Below are positions 18,093 to 29,359 of a stretch of DNA of 64,000 nucleotides, piece after piece. Each line of letters begins with the position of its first letter. The first letter of the stretch is position 1. A model generated the notes under the pieces. It was not told the origin of the DNA, did no database searches, and saw only the letters and a list, made by a program, of their open reading frames with translations. The DNA is from Salinispira sp. (GTDB lineage: Bacteria; Spirochaetota; Spirochaetia; DSM-27196; Salinispiraceae). Where the stretch lies: positions 448,001-512,000 of the forward strand of contig OZ271918.1 of assembly GCA_965602015.1 (NCBI GenBank), read 5' to 3'. A program made the translations under genes and the position numbers.

Positions 18093-20308
18093 AGGTACCT
18101 CAGGTCTTTTATGCCAAACGCCTGTTTTAAGAGTATGCCCGGTCCCCTTCGCATGCGGATTATCCGACGGTATTCCTCGCGGAGCTGCCTGAACTCTTCG
18201 ATGTTCAGCGGATCGGTTCCTATGGAGCCGTCCCCGGGTTTATCAGGTTTGGAACCGAAGACGAGCTTTTCATACAATGACGCAAAAGCCGCCAATTCGG
18301 GATAGCTCGAGGCGTAGTCCCGCACCGTGGCGTCGGGCTCTTTTAGTTCATAGCCCCGGGCGTAGAGCCTGATGAGCAGCAGGCGGTAGAGGGCCTTGTA
18401 TCCCTTCTCGGTATTTTTTTTGGAGACTATGCCAAGACGGATGATCCGTTCCCATCGCAGAACGTAGAGCGCAGCCAGCGAAAGCAGCGCGGCAGAAAGG
18501 GCAATCCTGATAATCAGGCCCCAGGGAATTTCGATCTGCTGCTGAACCACGGTGCGTTCCCTGATATCGGGAATCACCACATTGAGATTGTTGGGGTTCA
18601 TGTCTCCCGCCGGGGGAATGGCGAAGGCGGTGGCTTCGAAATCCACCCATCCGTAAACCGGCAGATAAAACTGAGGCCAGGAGTGGCGGTGGGCGGTGGT
18701 TACCAGAAACAGGTCGTCGGGATCCTCTCCTTCCAGGGGCGGGTAGCGGTTGCGAATTTCATCCAGGGCCATCACGTGATTCGGGCTTTGTAGGTCCCGG
18801 GAAACCAGGTAGCCGGTCACCACCCGGCTGGGTATTCCCGCCATGCGGGCGAGAATCGCCGCCGAGTTGGAGAACTCCGTGCAGTCGCCGGTGCGGTTTT
18901 CGAACAGAAATGCGCTGATGGCCTGGATGCTGACATTGTCGGTAAAGCCCAGCTCGTACTGGAAGCTGGAAAAGTTGCGGAGTATGGCGACTATCCTCTC
19001 CATAAAGCCGTCGCCATCATCGATGATTCCATCGAGGAAATCCTGATACTGCCGGCGGTAGTCTTCGGTGAGTCCGACTTCCAGGTAAGGAGCCATCTGT
19101 TCCTGCTCTTCGCTGGTCAGCCGCCCCAGCCGGGGGAACTGTCCGCCCATGCTGATATTCGATATGAGGCTGCGGGTCCGATAGGTGTAGGACAGGGGGT
19201 GCCAGCGACGGTCGTACACTGTGGGCTCCAGGTTAAAGGGCTGAAAGCTGCTGACCTTGTCGGGAATCGTCGAGTACACATCGATCCATACCGGCACCCG
19301 GTTGCGAAGGGGAAGGGGGTCCGGATTGACCCAGCTCTCCAGGAACTGGCTTCGGATGAGGCGGTTGAGCTCGAAATCCGGGTCGCTGTAGAAACCCCGA
19401 ACCGGATCCATCAGATTGTAATACTCGTCCGCCAGGTATACGGGTTCCCGGGGGCTTGAGACCACCATAACCATGTACTGGTTGCGCATGGCTCCGCCCT
19501 GCCCGTCGCCCGGACGGGGTTCCCGTCCCCATCGCTCGGCGTTCATCATTAATAGCTGACCGAGTTCGTCTCCCTCTCCGCTCTGGTCAGTCGGGTTTCC
19601 GTCGCCGACGAGGTTGCCCCGGTTTCCCGGGGAATCCCGGTCGCTGTCAAAGGTTCTCAGTTCGGGTTCCAAAATATTGTCGAGATTATTCAAGACCTGC
19701 AGGCGGCTCACGAAATCCGGGGGGATAAATAGCACCAATGACAGGGCGGTGCCGATAAACAGGGCTGCGGATATTATCGACTCGCGAAGATCCGGACGGC
19801 TTTTCCTGGATGAGTACTCGAAACGGTAAATCAGCAGGGCATAGAGGGCAAAACCCGCAATCATCAGCACAAACATGACGCTGTTGAACCCTCTTGCCGC
19901 GGCCGCGGCTTCTTCGCTGACCCGTGAGAATCCCATAAGGCGGTATAAAATCCACGCATAGTAGAACGGCTCCGGATAAAGCAGCCGGCCCATGCGCTTC
20001 TGGAAAATCAGCCAGGTCGAGAAATAGGCGTACCAGCCGGTCAGGGCGAAATCCAGGAGGGTTCTGCTGAAGCCGGTCCAGGGCAGAAACAGCAGGGGCA
20101 TGGCGATGATAATCATGTGGCTGATGCTCACTCCCCGGCGCTTTCCCAGCCGGGGTCCGAACCACCCCAGAAGCATTCCTGCGGGAACAATGACCAGGCT
20201 GCGGAGAATAAAACTTCCTTCCCAGTACAGGCTTATGCCCGGGAGAAACGCCGGGACGGCCATGAGCAGGAGGTAAATAGCGCCGCGGCTCCAAAAAATG
20301 TATGACAT
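18089..20308 (-). CDS. Membrane transglutaminase-like protein (TgpA type)
   Basis: Multi-TM N-terminus, then GDCTEFSNSAAILARMAGIPSRVVTGY, HSW, GWVDFEAT and a C-terminal TM. Start placed at the TAATG overlap (20308; 20314 is possible) after a GAGGTG RBS. Confidence 0.88.
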   Translation of the reverse strand: MSYIFWSRGAIYLLLMAVPAFLPGISLYWEGSFILRSLVIVPAGMLLGWFGPRLGKRRGVSISHMIIIAMPLLFLPWTGFSRTLLDFALTGWYAYFSTWLIFQKRMGRLLYPEPFYYAWILYRLMGFSRVSEEAAAAARGFNSVMFVLMIAGFALYALLIYRFEYSSRKSRPDLRESIISAALFIGTALSLVLFIPPDFVSRLQVLNNLDNILEPELRTFDSDRDSPGNRGNLVGDGNPTDQSGEGDELGQLLMMNAERWGREPRPGDGQGGAMRNQYMVMVVSSPREPVYLADEYYNLMDPVRGFYSDPDFELNRLIRSQFLESWVNPDPLPLRNRVPVWIDVYSTIPDKVSSFQPFNLEPTVYDRRWHPLSYTYRTRSLISNISMGGQFPRLGRLTSEEQEQMAPYLEVGLTEDYRRQYQDFLDGIIDDGDGFMERIVAILRNFSSFQYELGFTDNVSIQAISAFLFENRTGDCTEFSNSAAILARMAGIPSRVVTGYLVSRDLQSPNHVMALDEIRNRYPPLEGEDPDDLFLVTTAHRHSWPQFYLPVYGWVDFEATAFAIPPAGDMNPNNLNVVIPDIRERTVVQQQIEIPWGLIIRIALSAALLSLAALYVLRWERIIRLGIVSKKNTEKGYKALYRLLLIRLYARGYELKEPDATVRDYASSYPELAAFASLYEKLVFGSKPDKPGDGSIGTDPLNIEEFRQLREEYRRIIRMRRGPGILLKQAFGIKDLRYL

Positions 20309-21591
20309 TACCATAGACACCTCAGTCGGTATTGGCGGAGCTGATTGCAATGAGACCCGTCGAAACGGAGAGCCGGCGGATTAAGCTCCCCGGGCAGAAC
20401 ACGGGGAAAAAATGCTCCGGGAGTAATTTCCGCCGGTAGATACTTACCCGCCAGATCGGCGCTTCGCCGCTCGCTGCCGGGGCGGTCTTCTTCGCCGACT
20501 CCCTGAACGAGATACATGTCCAAATCTTCAGACCGATACCCCCGTATCCATTTAAACAGATTCGCGCACAGGCTGTGACTAAAAACCATAACCGAAGAGT
20601 CAATTCGGGGCAGGGCGTCGTCGTCCATTCGTTCCGGCGGAAGCCAGTCAGCCAGCGCCCTGTACGCCCGGCGTTCATCCTCGGTATCTGAAATTGATAT
20701 CATCCGCTTATTGAGATAAAGCTCGATGCGGTAGCCCGGGTGAGAGCTCCGGATGCCGTCGATGAGCCCGGATACCAGTGATTTTATCGCCGCGAGCTGC
20801 AAATGATATCCTCCGCGGGCCGAATTGCCGCCGCTCTCGCTCAGGACCAGCATGCGGACGAGCCGGGTCCGGGCTTCGGACTCCGGGGGAATCCGGGTGA
20901 GAAGTTTGTTGATCCGGCCGGAAGCCTTCCAGTTGATGTCCCGGGCAAGGTCGCCGGGCTGATAGTCCCTGATGAAGATTTTTTCCTGATCGGATTTCTT
21001 CGCCTTGGCGTTGTCGTCCTCGCTGGTGCGGCTGTCGATGAATTTGATATCGCCGAGGGGATGCCGGGAAGCCAGCACAGTACATTGCCGGTCTCTCATC
21101 TGCCCCAGCCGTCTTCTGCCCAAGCCGAATACATCCTGTATGGAAAAACTGGCATGCATGTACAGGGTGCCGGGCAGGGGGGGGCGGAAATCCGTGTCGC
21201 AGCTTTCCACACCCTCGAGTCTGTACAAACCCTGTGCGGAATAGGTCAGCCGATCCCCGCAGCGGAGCTCATAGCGTATTGCCGCATGGAAGCGGTAGAA
21301 CGGCGGCAGCCGCCAGCGCCGCATGCTCAGCCGGTGACCGGAGGCCCGAAACCCCGCGGTGAGGTCCGCCGCCGAGTCCCAACTGACATCCTCCAGCAAA
21401 CCGTCGGTGGGAATGAACCGGGGAACCGTGGCGGCGATTATGCACAGGCCCATTGCCAAAAGACCTCCGCCGGTGGCCAGGGCTTCACCCCGGGCCAGAC
21501 CGCTTCCCAACAGCAGGAGGGCGGCCAGAAACAGCAGGCTGCCGAACAGGGTCAGGGGATACAGCGTTGTCAGACGGCGAAAGAAGCTCAT
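20308..21591 (-). CDS. DUF58 domain protein
   Basis: Two N-terminal TMs, D.FGL and signature IRDYQPGDLARDINWKASGR. Confidence 0.9.
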   Translation of the reverse strand: MSFFRRLTTLYPLTLFGSLLFLAALLLLGSGLARGEALATGGGLLAMGLCIIAATVPRFIPTDGLLEDVSWDSAADLTAGFRASGHRLSMRRWRLPPFYRFHAAIRYELRCGDRLTYSAQGLYRLEGVESCDTDFRPPLPGTLYMHASFSIQDVFGLGRRRLGQMRDRQCTVLASRHPLGDIKFIDSRTSEDDNAKAKKSDQEKIFIRDYQPGDLARDINWKASGRINKLLTRIPPESEARTRLVRMLVLSESGGNSARGGYHLQLAAIKSLVSGLIDGIRSSHPGYRIELYLNKRMISISDTEDERRAYRALADWLPPERMDDDALPRIDSSVMVFSHSLCANLFKWIRGYRSEDLDMYLVQGVGEEDRPGSERRSADLAGKYLPAEITPGAFFPRVLPGELNPPALRFDGSHCNQLRQYRLRCLW

Positions 21592-21593
21592 GA

Positions 21594-22565
21594 TTAATTG
21601 ACGATGGCGCGGTAGCTGGGATCCACAGAGGTGTTTTTGATGATATCGCGAAGAACGTCCTTCTCATCGATCTCCGCATCAAAACATTCGAGACGGTGGG
21701 CAACCGCAGGCAGAAGCACCTCCTTCACGTCGTCGATGCTTGGGTAGCTTCGGCCCCGCACCAGGGCGAGGGCCCGAACCAGCCGGGAAAGCTTCACACC
21801 GGTCCTGGGGCTGGCGCCCAGTTCCAGTTGCGGGTGGTTTCGGGTAGCCCTTACCACCGAGACTATATAGTCCAGTACGTCCCGATGAATTTCCATCTGA
21901 TCGACGGCGGCCATCCATTCCAGGAGCTCGGCTTCGCTGACCACCGGAGCGAAGGAATCCCATGCGCTGCTTCGCCCGTGCATCTCGATTATCGCCCGCT
22001 CATCCTCCTCGTTGGGGTATCCCAGGGAGATCTGCAGCATGAAACGGTCGAGCTGGGGGGCCGGCAGGGGGAAGAGATGGCTGCCCTTCAAGTTCATGGT
22101 AGATATCAGAAAGAACACTTCGGGTAGCCGATACGTCCGCCCTTCTATGGTTACCGCCTTTTCTTCCATTGCCTGGAAAAAACTCCCCTGGGTCTTCGGG
22201 GTCAAAAGATTGATCTCGTCGCAGAGAATAAAATGCGAAAAAATCGGACCGCGGTTGAACATCATTGCGAACTCGTTGCCCACGATTCGGCTGAATCCGA
22301 GGATGTCCTGGGGCAGCAAATCGACGGTGCACTGTATGCGGTTGAAGAATGAAATCTCCACTCCGTCGACGGTTCTGGTCTTTTCCGGCCAGCCGATACT
22401 GCCTGCCAAGGCCCGGGCGAGGGAAGTCTTTCCCACTCCGTGGGTGTCGGCCAGCATCACATGGCCTCCGGCAATCATGGCGGCAATGATGTATTCCAGT
22501 TTCTTTCTATCGGCGTAGATAACCGACGCGATATTGTCAATGAGACGGTCGATATGCTCTTTCAT
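21594..22565 (-). CDS. moxR: MoxR family AAA+ ATPase
   Basis: GGHVML...GVGKTS, RIQCT.DLLPQDILG, DEIN, AMEE..VT..G.T..LP..F, QLDRF, GASPR, AHRL. Confidence 0.92.
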   Translation of the reverse strand: MKEHIDRLIDNIASVIYADRKKLEYIIAAMIAGGHVMLADTHGVGKTSLARALAGSIGWPEKTRTVDGVEISFFNRIQCTVDLLPQDILGFSRIVGNEFAMMFNRGPIFSHFILCDEINLLTPKTQGSFFQAMEEKAVTIEGRTYRLPEVFFLISTMNLKGSHLFPLPAPQLDRFMLQISLGYPNEEDERAIIEMHGRSSAWDSFAPVVSEAELLEWMAAVDQMEIHRDVLDYIVSVVRATRNHPQLELGASPRTGVKLSRLVRALALVRGRSYPSIDDVKEVLLPAVAHRLECFDAEIDEKDVLRDIIKNTSVDPSYRAIVN

Positions 22566-22737
22566 CTCTTAAATATAGCGGCTGCCGCGGACAAAGGACA
22601 AGCTACATCAAAAGTGCAAGAATATACAAAAACTGGTAAAAAAAATACAAAACAATCTTGATACGAGGGGATGCTCCGGGTAGCATTGACCCACGCCCGT
22701 TGCACTGTGCATCGGGCTAACCCAAGGAGGATGAATT

Positions 22738-23529
22738 ATGAAAAAAATAGTGATGGCATTTCTGCTTGTCGCACTCTGCGCCCTTCCGCTCGTCGCCGGA
22801 GGCGGTGTGGAAGATCTCGAGGCGATTCAGCGCCGGGGAGTGCTTCGCCTCGGCACTTCCGCGGACTATGCGCCGTATGAGTTTCACACCATCATTGACG
22901 GAAAGGACACCATCGTCGGGTTCGATATCGAAATCGCAAAGGTGATCGCCGCTGACCTGGGAGTCGAACTCGATATTCAGGACATCGGCTTCGACGGCCT
23001 TCTTCAGGCTCTCAACAGCGGGAAGGTGGACATGGTAATCGCCGGCATGACCCCCACCGAAGAGCGGCGGCAGAGCGTGGATTTCTCGGAAATCTACTAC
23101 ATTGCCCAACAGGCTGTACTGGTGCGAAGCGAAGATGCGGATACCTATTCAAGCATTGAAGCATTAGCGGGACTGCCGGTCGGCGCCCAACTTGCCTCGA
23201 TTCAGGAGGGATTGGTGGAAGACGAAATGCCCGAATCCCGACTGGTTGCCCTTGGTAAAATTCCCGACCTTGTTCTCGAGCTTCAAAATGAGAAGATCGA
23301 AGCCTTGGTAATCGAGCTTCCGGTGGCCAACGGCTACGTGCAGGCCAATCCCGGTCTTGCTATTTCGGCAATCCAAATAGGCGATGTCGACGGCGGTTCA
23401 GCCGTGGCGGTTCGCAAAGGAAACGAAGAGCTGCTTGCGTCGATTAACGACACCCTTGCACGCCTTATTGCCGACGGCTCCATCGACCGCTTTGTTGCGG
23501 AAGCCAACGAGCTCAACGTCACAAACTAA
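22738..23529 (+). CDS. Polar amino acid ABC transporter substrate-binding protein
   Basis: GTSADYAPYEF, VGFDIEIA, FDGLL.AL.SGKVD..IAGMT.TEER...VDFS. AAGGAGG RBS. Confidence 0.95.
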   Translation: MKKIVMAFLLVALCALPLVAGGGVEDLEAIQRRGVLRLGTSADYAPYEFHTIIDGKDTIVGFDIEIAKVIAADLGVELDIQDIGFDGLLQALNSGKVDMVIAGMTPTEERRQSVDFSEIYYIAQQAVLVRSEDADTYSSIEALAGLPVGAQLASIQEGLVEDEMPESRLVALGKIPDLVLELQNEKIEALVIELPVANGYVQANPGLAISAIQIGDVDGGSAVAVRKGNEELLASINDTLARLIADGSIDRFVAEANELNVTN

Positions 23530-23550
23530 TGTCTGTAAGGCTGGCACGTT

Positions 23551-24222
23551 GTGAATTTTAGTTTTTTAGGCCGGTACTGGAGCTATTTTCTCTTTGGCTC
23601 GGTGAACACCGTCATTCTGGCGATTTTTACCGTGCTGATGGGAACCCTCCTCGGCCTCTTTATTTCCCTGATGCGCCTCTCGAAAACCCAGGCGCTTTCA
23701 TTTACCGCCCGGGCATACATAGAGGTCATCAGGGGAACCCCCATCCTGGTACAGATATTTATCATCTATTACGGCCTGCCGATTAACATCCCGCAGACCA
23801 TGTTCCTCGGTGTGGATCTCGCCAGGTTTATCCCGGGTATTATCGCCTTGTCGATAAACTCCAGCGCCTATGTGGCGGAAATTATCCGGGCGGGCATTCA
23901 GGCCGTGGACAAGGGGCAGATGGAAGCTTCCCGCAGCCTTGGTTTTTCCCACCGGGACAGCATGCGGCTTGTTATCCTGCCCCAGGCGGTAAAAAATATT
24001 CTGCCGGCGCTTGGCAATGAGTTCGTCGTCGTTATTAAAGAATCATCCATCGTGTCTGTCATCGGCATATCTGAGCTTATGTACAACGCGGGGATAGTCC
24101 GGGGGGCGACCTACCGGCCAATGGAACCCCTGCTCATTGCGGCGGTTATTTATTTTATTCTGACTTTCAGCATTTCAAAGCTTCTGGGTGTGGCAGAACG
24201 GAGGATGAGCAGCGGTGATTGA
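23551..24222 (+). CDS. Polar amino acid ABC transporter permease
   Basis: [48 protein letters not shown]. Confidence 0.95.
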   Translation: MNFSFLGRYWSYFLFGSVNTVILAIFTVLMGTLLGLFISLMRLSKTQALSFTARAYIEVIRGTPILVQIFIIYYGLPINIPQTMFLGVDLARFIPGIIALSINSSAYVAEIIRAGIQAVDKGQMEASRSLGFSHRDSMRLVILPQAVKNILPALGNEFVVVIKESSIVSVIGISELMYNAGIVRGATYRPMEPLLIAAVIYFILTFSISKLLGVAERRMSSGD

Positions 24223-24937
24223 GGTTCGTGCGTTACACAAGTATTTCGGAAGCCTGCATGTACTCAAGGGTATTGATGCCAGCATCTCCCAGGGGGAGGT
24301 GGTGGTGATCATCGGACCCTCGGGTTCGGGGAAGAGCACATTCCTGCGTTGCCTTAACCTTCTCGAGCAGCCCACCGAAGGCGCCATTGAATTCGAGGGG
24401 CTCGATATTACCTCCGTAGGCAACAATATCGATGAACAGCGGCAGAAGATGGGAATGGTTTTTCAAAACTTCAATCTGTTTCCCCATCTGGACGTGATGG
24501 GCAATATTACCCTTGGCCCCATCCGCCTCAAGGGGTTAAGCCGGGAGCAGGCCGAAGACAAGGCCATGAAGCTCTTGCGCCGGGTCGGACTGCCCGACAA
24601 GGCCCGGGAATATCCGTCCCGACTTTCCGGAGGGCAAAAACAGCGCATCGCAATTGTGCGGGCCCTGGCGATGAACCCCGACGTCATGTTGTTCGACGAA
24701 CCCACCTCAGCCCTGGACCCTGAGATGGTCGGAGAAGTGCTTGAAGTTATGAAAGACCTGGCACGGGAGGGCATGACCATGGCGGTGGTCAGCCATGAGA
24801 TGGGTTTCGCCCGGGAAGTGGGCCACCGAATCCTGTTTATGGATGACGGCAAAATACTCGAGGAAAACCCGCCGGCTCAACTTTTTGATTCCCCCCGGCA
24901 TCCCCGGCTGGTGGATTTTCTGTCCAAAGTTTTGTAA
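24215..24937 (+). CDS. Polar amino acid ABC transporter ATPase (GlnQ-like)
   Basis: [37 protein letters not shown]. Confidence 0.96.
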   Translation: MIEVRALHKYFGSLHVLKGIDASISQGEVVVIIGPSGSGKSTFLRCLNLLEQPTEGAIEFEGLDITSVGNNIDEQRQKMGMVFQNFNLFPHLDVMGNITLGPIRLKGLSREQAEDKAMKLLRRVGLPDKAREYPSRLSGGQKQRIAIVRALAMNPDVMLFDEPTSALDPEMVGEVLEVMKDLAREGMTMAVVSHEMGFAREVGHRILFMDDGKILEENPPAQLFDSPRHPRLVDFLSKVL

Positions 24938-25024
24938 ATCCACCCGGATACGCTTTTTATTCTCCCGCTTGGCTGCTCAACTTTCTGTTCCTCTGTCTGC
25001 TCAGCTGCCTGGTATGCTGTCTGT

Positions 25025-27268
25025 TTATCTATGGGGAGGGCGTCCCGGAGGCGGAAGGCGTTTTTTCCCATCGCCCATTCCCAGTTCTTCCGTTAGCAAC
25101 AGGAGCTCGGAAAGCTGGTTCTGAAGTTGGAAAACAAGCGTATCTTCATTCGTATTTTGCTGCCCGGATGCCAATTCTGCAGATTGCAAAGCAGTAAACC
25201 GCTCCCGTATTTCTCCGATATCATCGGCATGCTTTGCCAATGCAATTGCATCGACGGCCTTCGCTGCCTGGGCAACGCACTCTTCAAGAGCCTCAAATTC
25301 TGCGGCCGCCTTTTCTGCCAGGCTGCGCCCCTTTTCTATCTCAATGGCCACCTTGTCCACCTGATTGTTTGTCTCTCCGACGGAGCCCGAGCTGCGGCTC
25401 GCAAGTTTTCTTACTTCATCGGCAACAACCGCAAAGCCCCGTCCGTACTTCCCCGCCCGGGCCGCCTCGACATTAGCGTTGAGGGCGAGCAGGTTTATCT
25501 GAAATGAGATGTCTTCTATAATTTTTGCAATTCCTCGGATGCTCTTGCTCGATGCGAGTATTTCATCGAAGGCCGCAGCTAAATCGCTTATAACTTCCCG
25601 CGCCCGGCCCGTATGTTCTGCGGCGCCGCCGACGTGGCGAGCGCTCTGGATAATTCTTTGCCTGGTCTTCTCGTTCCTCTCCACATGTTTATCTAACAGG
25701 GCCGCCACATTATCACTGTCTTTCTTTCCCCCGGGGTAATTATGAAGTGACTCAAACCGGGCAATGAGCAGGCTTGCGCTGTGATGAACGTCTGCCGCAG
25801 CATTTCGCACCCGGCCAATACCCTGCGAAAGAGAATCGGCCCACAGTAACAGCTCACCTGAAATTCCGTTTTTGTCTTCATCATTTATTTCAAGGTCTTG
25901 TACGCCTCCGCTTTCCCCCGAAATCTTCGACAGTATTGTCTGAATCCTCCGGCTGACTCCCAACTCATGATTCAGGACCCTGATAAGCCGGCAAATCTCC
26001 CCTTTGTCCGCTTCGGATTTCTGATTTACTCCGGAATACTGGGCACTGTGCATGCGGGCATTACTGATGGCCCGCTCTATCGGTGCTGTCAGACTCCCGG
26101 CATATAATGCTCCGGCCAGTAGGATAAGGGCGAGCATAACAATCCCGCTGATGAAAAGTCTTCGGCCGAGCATGCGAAGGGCATCACGTACTTCCTCCAG
26201 CTCTGCACGGGTGACGACTGTCCAGCTTCCGCCTCCCCCGGGAAGCGCTATTACCTGCTCGACGGACAGAACGTCGCGGTCAGCCGTTGGTGAAGACGGT
26301 TCTTCCGCGATTGTAGCCGCGATTGTACCCGTACTTGTCATCGCGTCGCCGGCAAAGTCGCTGCTGCGGCGGCGGTCGTCATTGTCCTGGCTTGCCTTTA
26401 TACGGTAGCCGTCGCCGATGAGGTAGCTGATAGAATCCGCATTCCCCTCGCCTGCTGAGCCGAGAATACGGCGTAGTTCTTCCGGCGAAAACTGGAAAAT
26501 CACCATGCCGGTGGCGGTTCGCCCTGAAAAAACCGGCGCAGCAATATATGCTCGCGCTCCGGTGACCGAAGCCCCTATCAAACCCGCAGGTCTTTCACTG
26601 TCCGTAGTAATAAAATCCGTCGTAATAAAATCCGTCATGATAAAATCTGCAGCCTCGGGATTTTCCCGGATTCTTTGAATAATCAGGCTAAGGGCCTGGT
26701 TGGTTCGTCTGCTTTTATCCAGCCCCACGGCAAAACTGTCTCCTTTTGAGACCGAATAGAGCACAGTTCCGCTGTTGATATCCGCCAGCAGCATGTCCGC
26801 ATAGCGGTAGTTTGCCAATCGGCGTCTTAACACCGGGTGCTTTTCCCGGTGAACCGCGCTGTACAGGCTGCCGTCGGCGGCAAACTCCAGCCGATCCAGG
26901 CTCTCCGAAGGGTGCGGATTTTCGGCGATATACCATCGCCTCAGATATTCCGAAGCGCTCTGGCCTGATTGCAGCGGCATATCGGTCTCGAGCAATGCGT
27001 ATGCGGCCCCGAACTCCGCTATGGCCCCGGCGATAAAGGGGTCGGCGGCCTCCAAAAGAACCCGGGATTCCAGGGAGGATAGATACTCTCTCACCCTGGC
27101 GCTTTGAATCCGGTTGAGGTTCTGGAGCCCCGATTTCAACTGACTATGTAGGGCGGAACGGGCACTCGCCAGACTGACGGCAAAAAAAACTCCGGAGGAC
27201 AGGATTGCGATGAGCCCGACCAGCATCGGGATCTGGAATCTCAGTGAGCGAAATGCCGGAAGCTTCAT
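25025..27268 (-). CDS. Methyl-accepting chemotaxis protein with periplasmic dCache-like sensor
   Basis: Two TMs and hairpin tip [46 protein letters not shown]. Confidence 0.92.
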   Translation of the reverse strand: MKLPAFRSLRFQIPMLVGLIAILSSGVFFAVSLASARSALHSQLKSGLQNLNRIQSARVREYLSSLESRVLLEAADPFIAGAIAEFGAAYALLETDMPLQSGQSASEYLRRWYIAENPHPSESLDRLEFAADGSLYSAVHREKHPVLRRRLANYRYADMLLADINSGTVLYSVSKGDSFAVGLDKSRRTNQALSLIIQRIRENPEAADFIMTDFITTDFITTDSERPAGLIGASVTGARAYIAAPVFSGRTATGMVIFQFSPEELRRILGSAGEGNADSISYLIGDGYRIKASQDNDDRRRSSDFAGDAMTSTGTIAATIAEEPSSPTADRDVLSVEQVIALPGGGGSWTVVTRAELEEVRDALRMLGRRLFISGIVMLALILLAGALYAGSLTAPIERAISNARMHSAQYSGVNQKSEADKGEICRLIRVLNHELGVSRRIQTILSKISGESGGVQDLEINDEDKNGISGELLLWADSLSQGIGRVRNAAADVHHSASLLIARFESLHNYPGGKKDSDNVAALLDKHVERNEKTRQRIIQSARHVGGAAEHTGRAREVISDLAAAFDEILASSKSIRGIAKIIEDISFQINLLALNANVEAARAGKYGRGFAVVADEVRKLASRSSGSVGETNNQVDKVAIEIEKGRSLAEKAAAEFEALEECVAQAAKAVDAIALAKHADDIGEIRERFTALQSAELASGQQNTNEDTLVFQLQNQLSELLLLTEELGMGDGKKRLPPPGRPPHR
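26601..26647 (-). repeat. 3 x 15-bp in-frame tandem repeat ([15 protein letters not shown])
   Basis: tccgtagtaataaaa, tccgtcgtaataaaa, tccgtcatgataaaa. Confidence 0.9.
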
Positions 27269-27355
27269 TGATATCCTCCTGTATCCAGCTTACTGAATTT
27301 TCTTTCCGCTTTGGTTTTTTTTGTGTTTTTATCGTAATCCAATTAGAATGACAGC

Positions 27356-29359
27356 ATGAGTGTGAGATCAAAAACCCTGCTGAGCATAATAGTGTTATCC
27401 TACCTCGGCGCATTCTTTCAGTGGAATTTCAATATCTTCTATATACAGCGAAACTGGTCCCTGTACTGGGAGGGATTTGGCAGTTTCATCATTATCGTCA
27501 CAGCCCTCCTGGTGACCGCCGTGGGCTATATCTTCTTTTTTATGCGGGGAATCGGTGCTGCTGAAAAAGCCCTGAAATCCGGGGAAGCCATAGATGCCGA
27601 CGCGGATCGTCGCCTGGATCGGGCAATAAAAACCGTTCCGGTGATCATTCTTGTGGTCAATCTCATTGCTTTTTTCATCGGACCGGTAACCCAATCTACC
27701 ATCCGGGCGCTGGGAAGCGGTGAGCCGGTAATCAGCGCAAACCTCCTGACGACGATAATTTATTCCTTCTCAGTTGGTTTGTATGTCCTGTTTTTGGAAA
27801 TCAGGCTCTTCGAGAGGTTCCGTATTCCCCTCCAGCGTTTACGGGGCGCCACCAGCCTGAACGAATTCAAACCAAACGGATGGCGGCGCAGGCAGTTCGC
27901 CCTTGGATTTACCGTGGTGATCTTCGCCTTCGGGCTGCTGTACGCCGCGGGAATGGGTTACCTGCGGGAAGAACTTCTGGCGCCGGGGGGCATCGATGCA
28001 TGGAGCGCCGCCAGCGAGAGCGTAGATTATCGGGTCGAGTTATGGCGTTCCGCCATAGAGGGGAACCCGCCGGTCCTGACGGTGAACAGTCCGCAGATTG
28101 TCCCCCGGCTGACCGAGTACATCTGGAAAATGCTGGTTTTAGGCCTTATCATTGCCGCCCTGTCCTATCTGGCTATTTATGTTGAATCCCGTCCGGCTTC
28201 CCAACGCCTGTTCGAAGTTCAGGCCCGGCTGTCCGAACTGGCTTCGGGGATGGCCGACAGGGATAAAAAACTGATCATATTGCGGGATGATGAACTCGGG
28301 CAGGCGGTTCACCATATTAACCGCTTTATCGACCGGCAGTCTGAGTTGTTCGCCACCATCCGCCAATCGATCGGCGATGCCCGCCAGCTCTCCGGGCGGC
28401 TGGGAGGGATGAGCTCACAGGCCGAACATCTGGGGACGGAAATCGGCAACGGTATTTCACAGGTGCAGGATCAGCTGACTTCCCAGCAAAAAGCCCTCTC
28501 GGCGGTGGACCGATTGATAGCGGAGCTCGGCGAAAATATCAGCAACTCTGCTTCCAATGTCGAAAAGCAGAATGAGGCGGTGAACCGTTCATCCTCGGCG
28601 GTTGAGCAAATGGTTGCCAACATCACTTCGGTATCAAAAAACGCCCGGGAGGCATTCGAACGGACTCAGAGACTCACCGCCCGGGCCGCCGAAGGCGAGT
28701 CTGATATGAATGCCCTTATGATAGGCATACAGGGAATAGCGGATTCCTCGGAAAAGGTGAACGAGAACATCGGGCAAATTGCGAAAATAGCGGCACAAAC
28801 CAATCTTTTGGCCATGAACGCCGCAATCGAAGCCGCCCATGCCGGGGATGTGGGCAGCGGATTCGCGGTGGTGGCAAGCGAGGTCCGTAAGCTCGCCGAA
28901 ACCGCCTCTGCCACCGCCAAGGGCATAACCGCCATGATCAAGGAAATGAACGCCGCCAGCAGTTCGGGACTGGAGGCTACGCGAAAAGCCATCGAGAGCT
29001 TCAAAGGCATTAACAACTCGGTTCAGACCAATTCCCGATTGATCTCTGAAATCTCCCAGGCCATGGTCGAGCAGGAGCAGGGCAATGCGGACATTCAGCA
29101 GGCCATGACAAGCCTGCTTGAGCTCAGCCGCGACGTCTCACTTCTCACAAAAACCCAGGCCGAGGAAAGCGCCGGGGTTAAGGGTAAAATGCAGGAGCTC
29201 GACTCGGCGGCAGCTTCAATTCAGTCGGTTATGGATCGGAATCTCGAACTCATGCAGGAAGTCGAGCAGTTCATCAGCGATCTTCAGCAGGTCATAGAAG
29301 AAAACAGCGCAATAGTAAAAGGGCTTTCCGGGGCCTCGGGCCTTGCCGCCGATGAATAG
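27356..29359 (+). CDS. Methyl-accepting chemotaxis protein with multi-TM sensor
   Basis: About six hydrophobic segments, HAMP (RDDELGQ) and [38 protein letters not shown]. Confidence 0.93.
   Translation: MSVRSKTLLSIIVLSYLGAFFQWNFNIFYIQRNWSLYWEGFGSFIIIVTALLVTAVGYIFFFMRGIGAAEKALKSGEAIDADADRRLDRAIKTVPVIILVVNLIAFFIGPVTQSTIRALGSGEPVISANLLTTIIYSFSVGLYVLFLEIRLFERFRIPLQRLRGATSLNEFKPNGWRRRQFALGFTVVIFAFGLLYAAGMGYLREELLAPGGIDAWSAASESVDYRVELWRSAIEGNPPVLTVNSPQIVPRLTEYIWKMLVLGLIIAALSYLAIYVESRPASQRLFEVQARLSELASGMADRDKKLIILRDDELGQAVHHINRFIDRQSELFATIRQSIGDARQLSGRLGGMSSQAEHLGTEIGNGISQVQDQLTSQQKALSAVDRLIAELGENISNSASNVEKQNEAVNRSSSAVEQMVANITSVSKNAREAFERTQRLTARAAEGESDMNALMIGIQGIADSSEKVNENIGQIAKIAAQTNLLAMNAAIEAAHAGDVGSGFAVVASEVRKLAETASATAKGITAMIKEMNAASSSGLEATRKAIESFKGINNSVQTNSRLISEISQAMVEQEQGNADIQQAMTSLLELSRDVSLLTKTQAEESAGVKGKMQELDSAAASIQSVMDRNLELMQEVEQFISDLQQVIEENSAIVKGLSGASGLAADE

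Noticed and set aside
27269..27355. Sigma28 promoter between the divergent MCP genes
   Set aside because: A TACGATAA -10-like box exists on the minus strand, but there is no TAAA -35 at the expected spacing.
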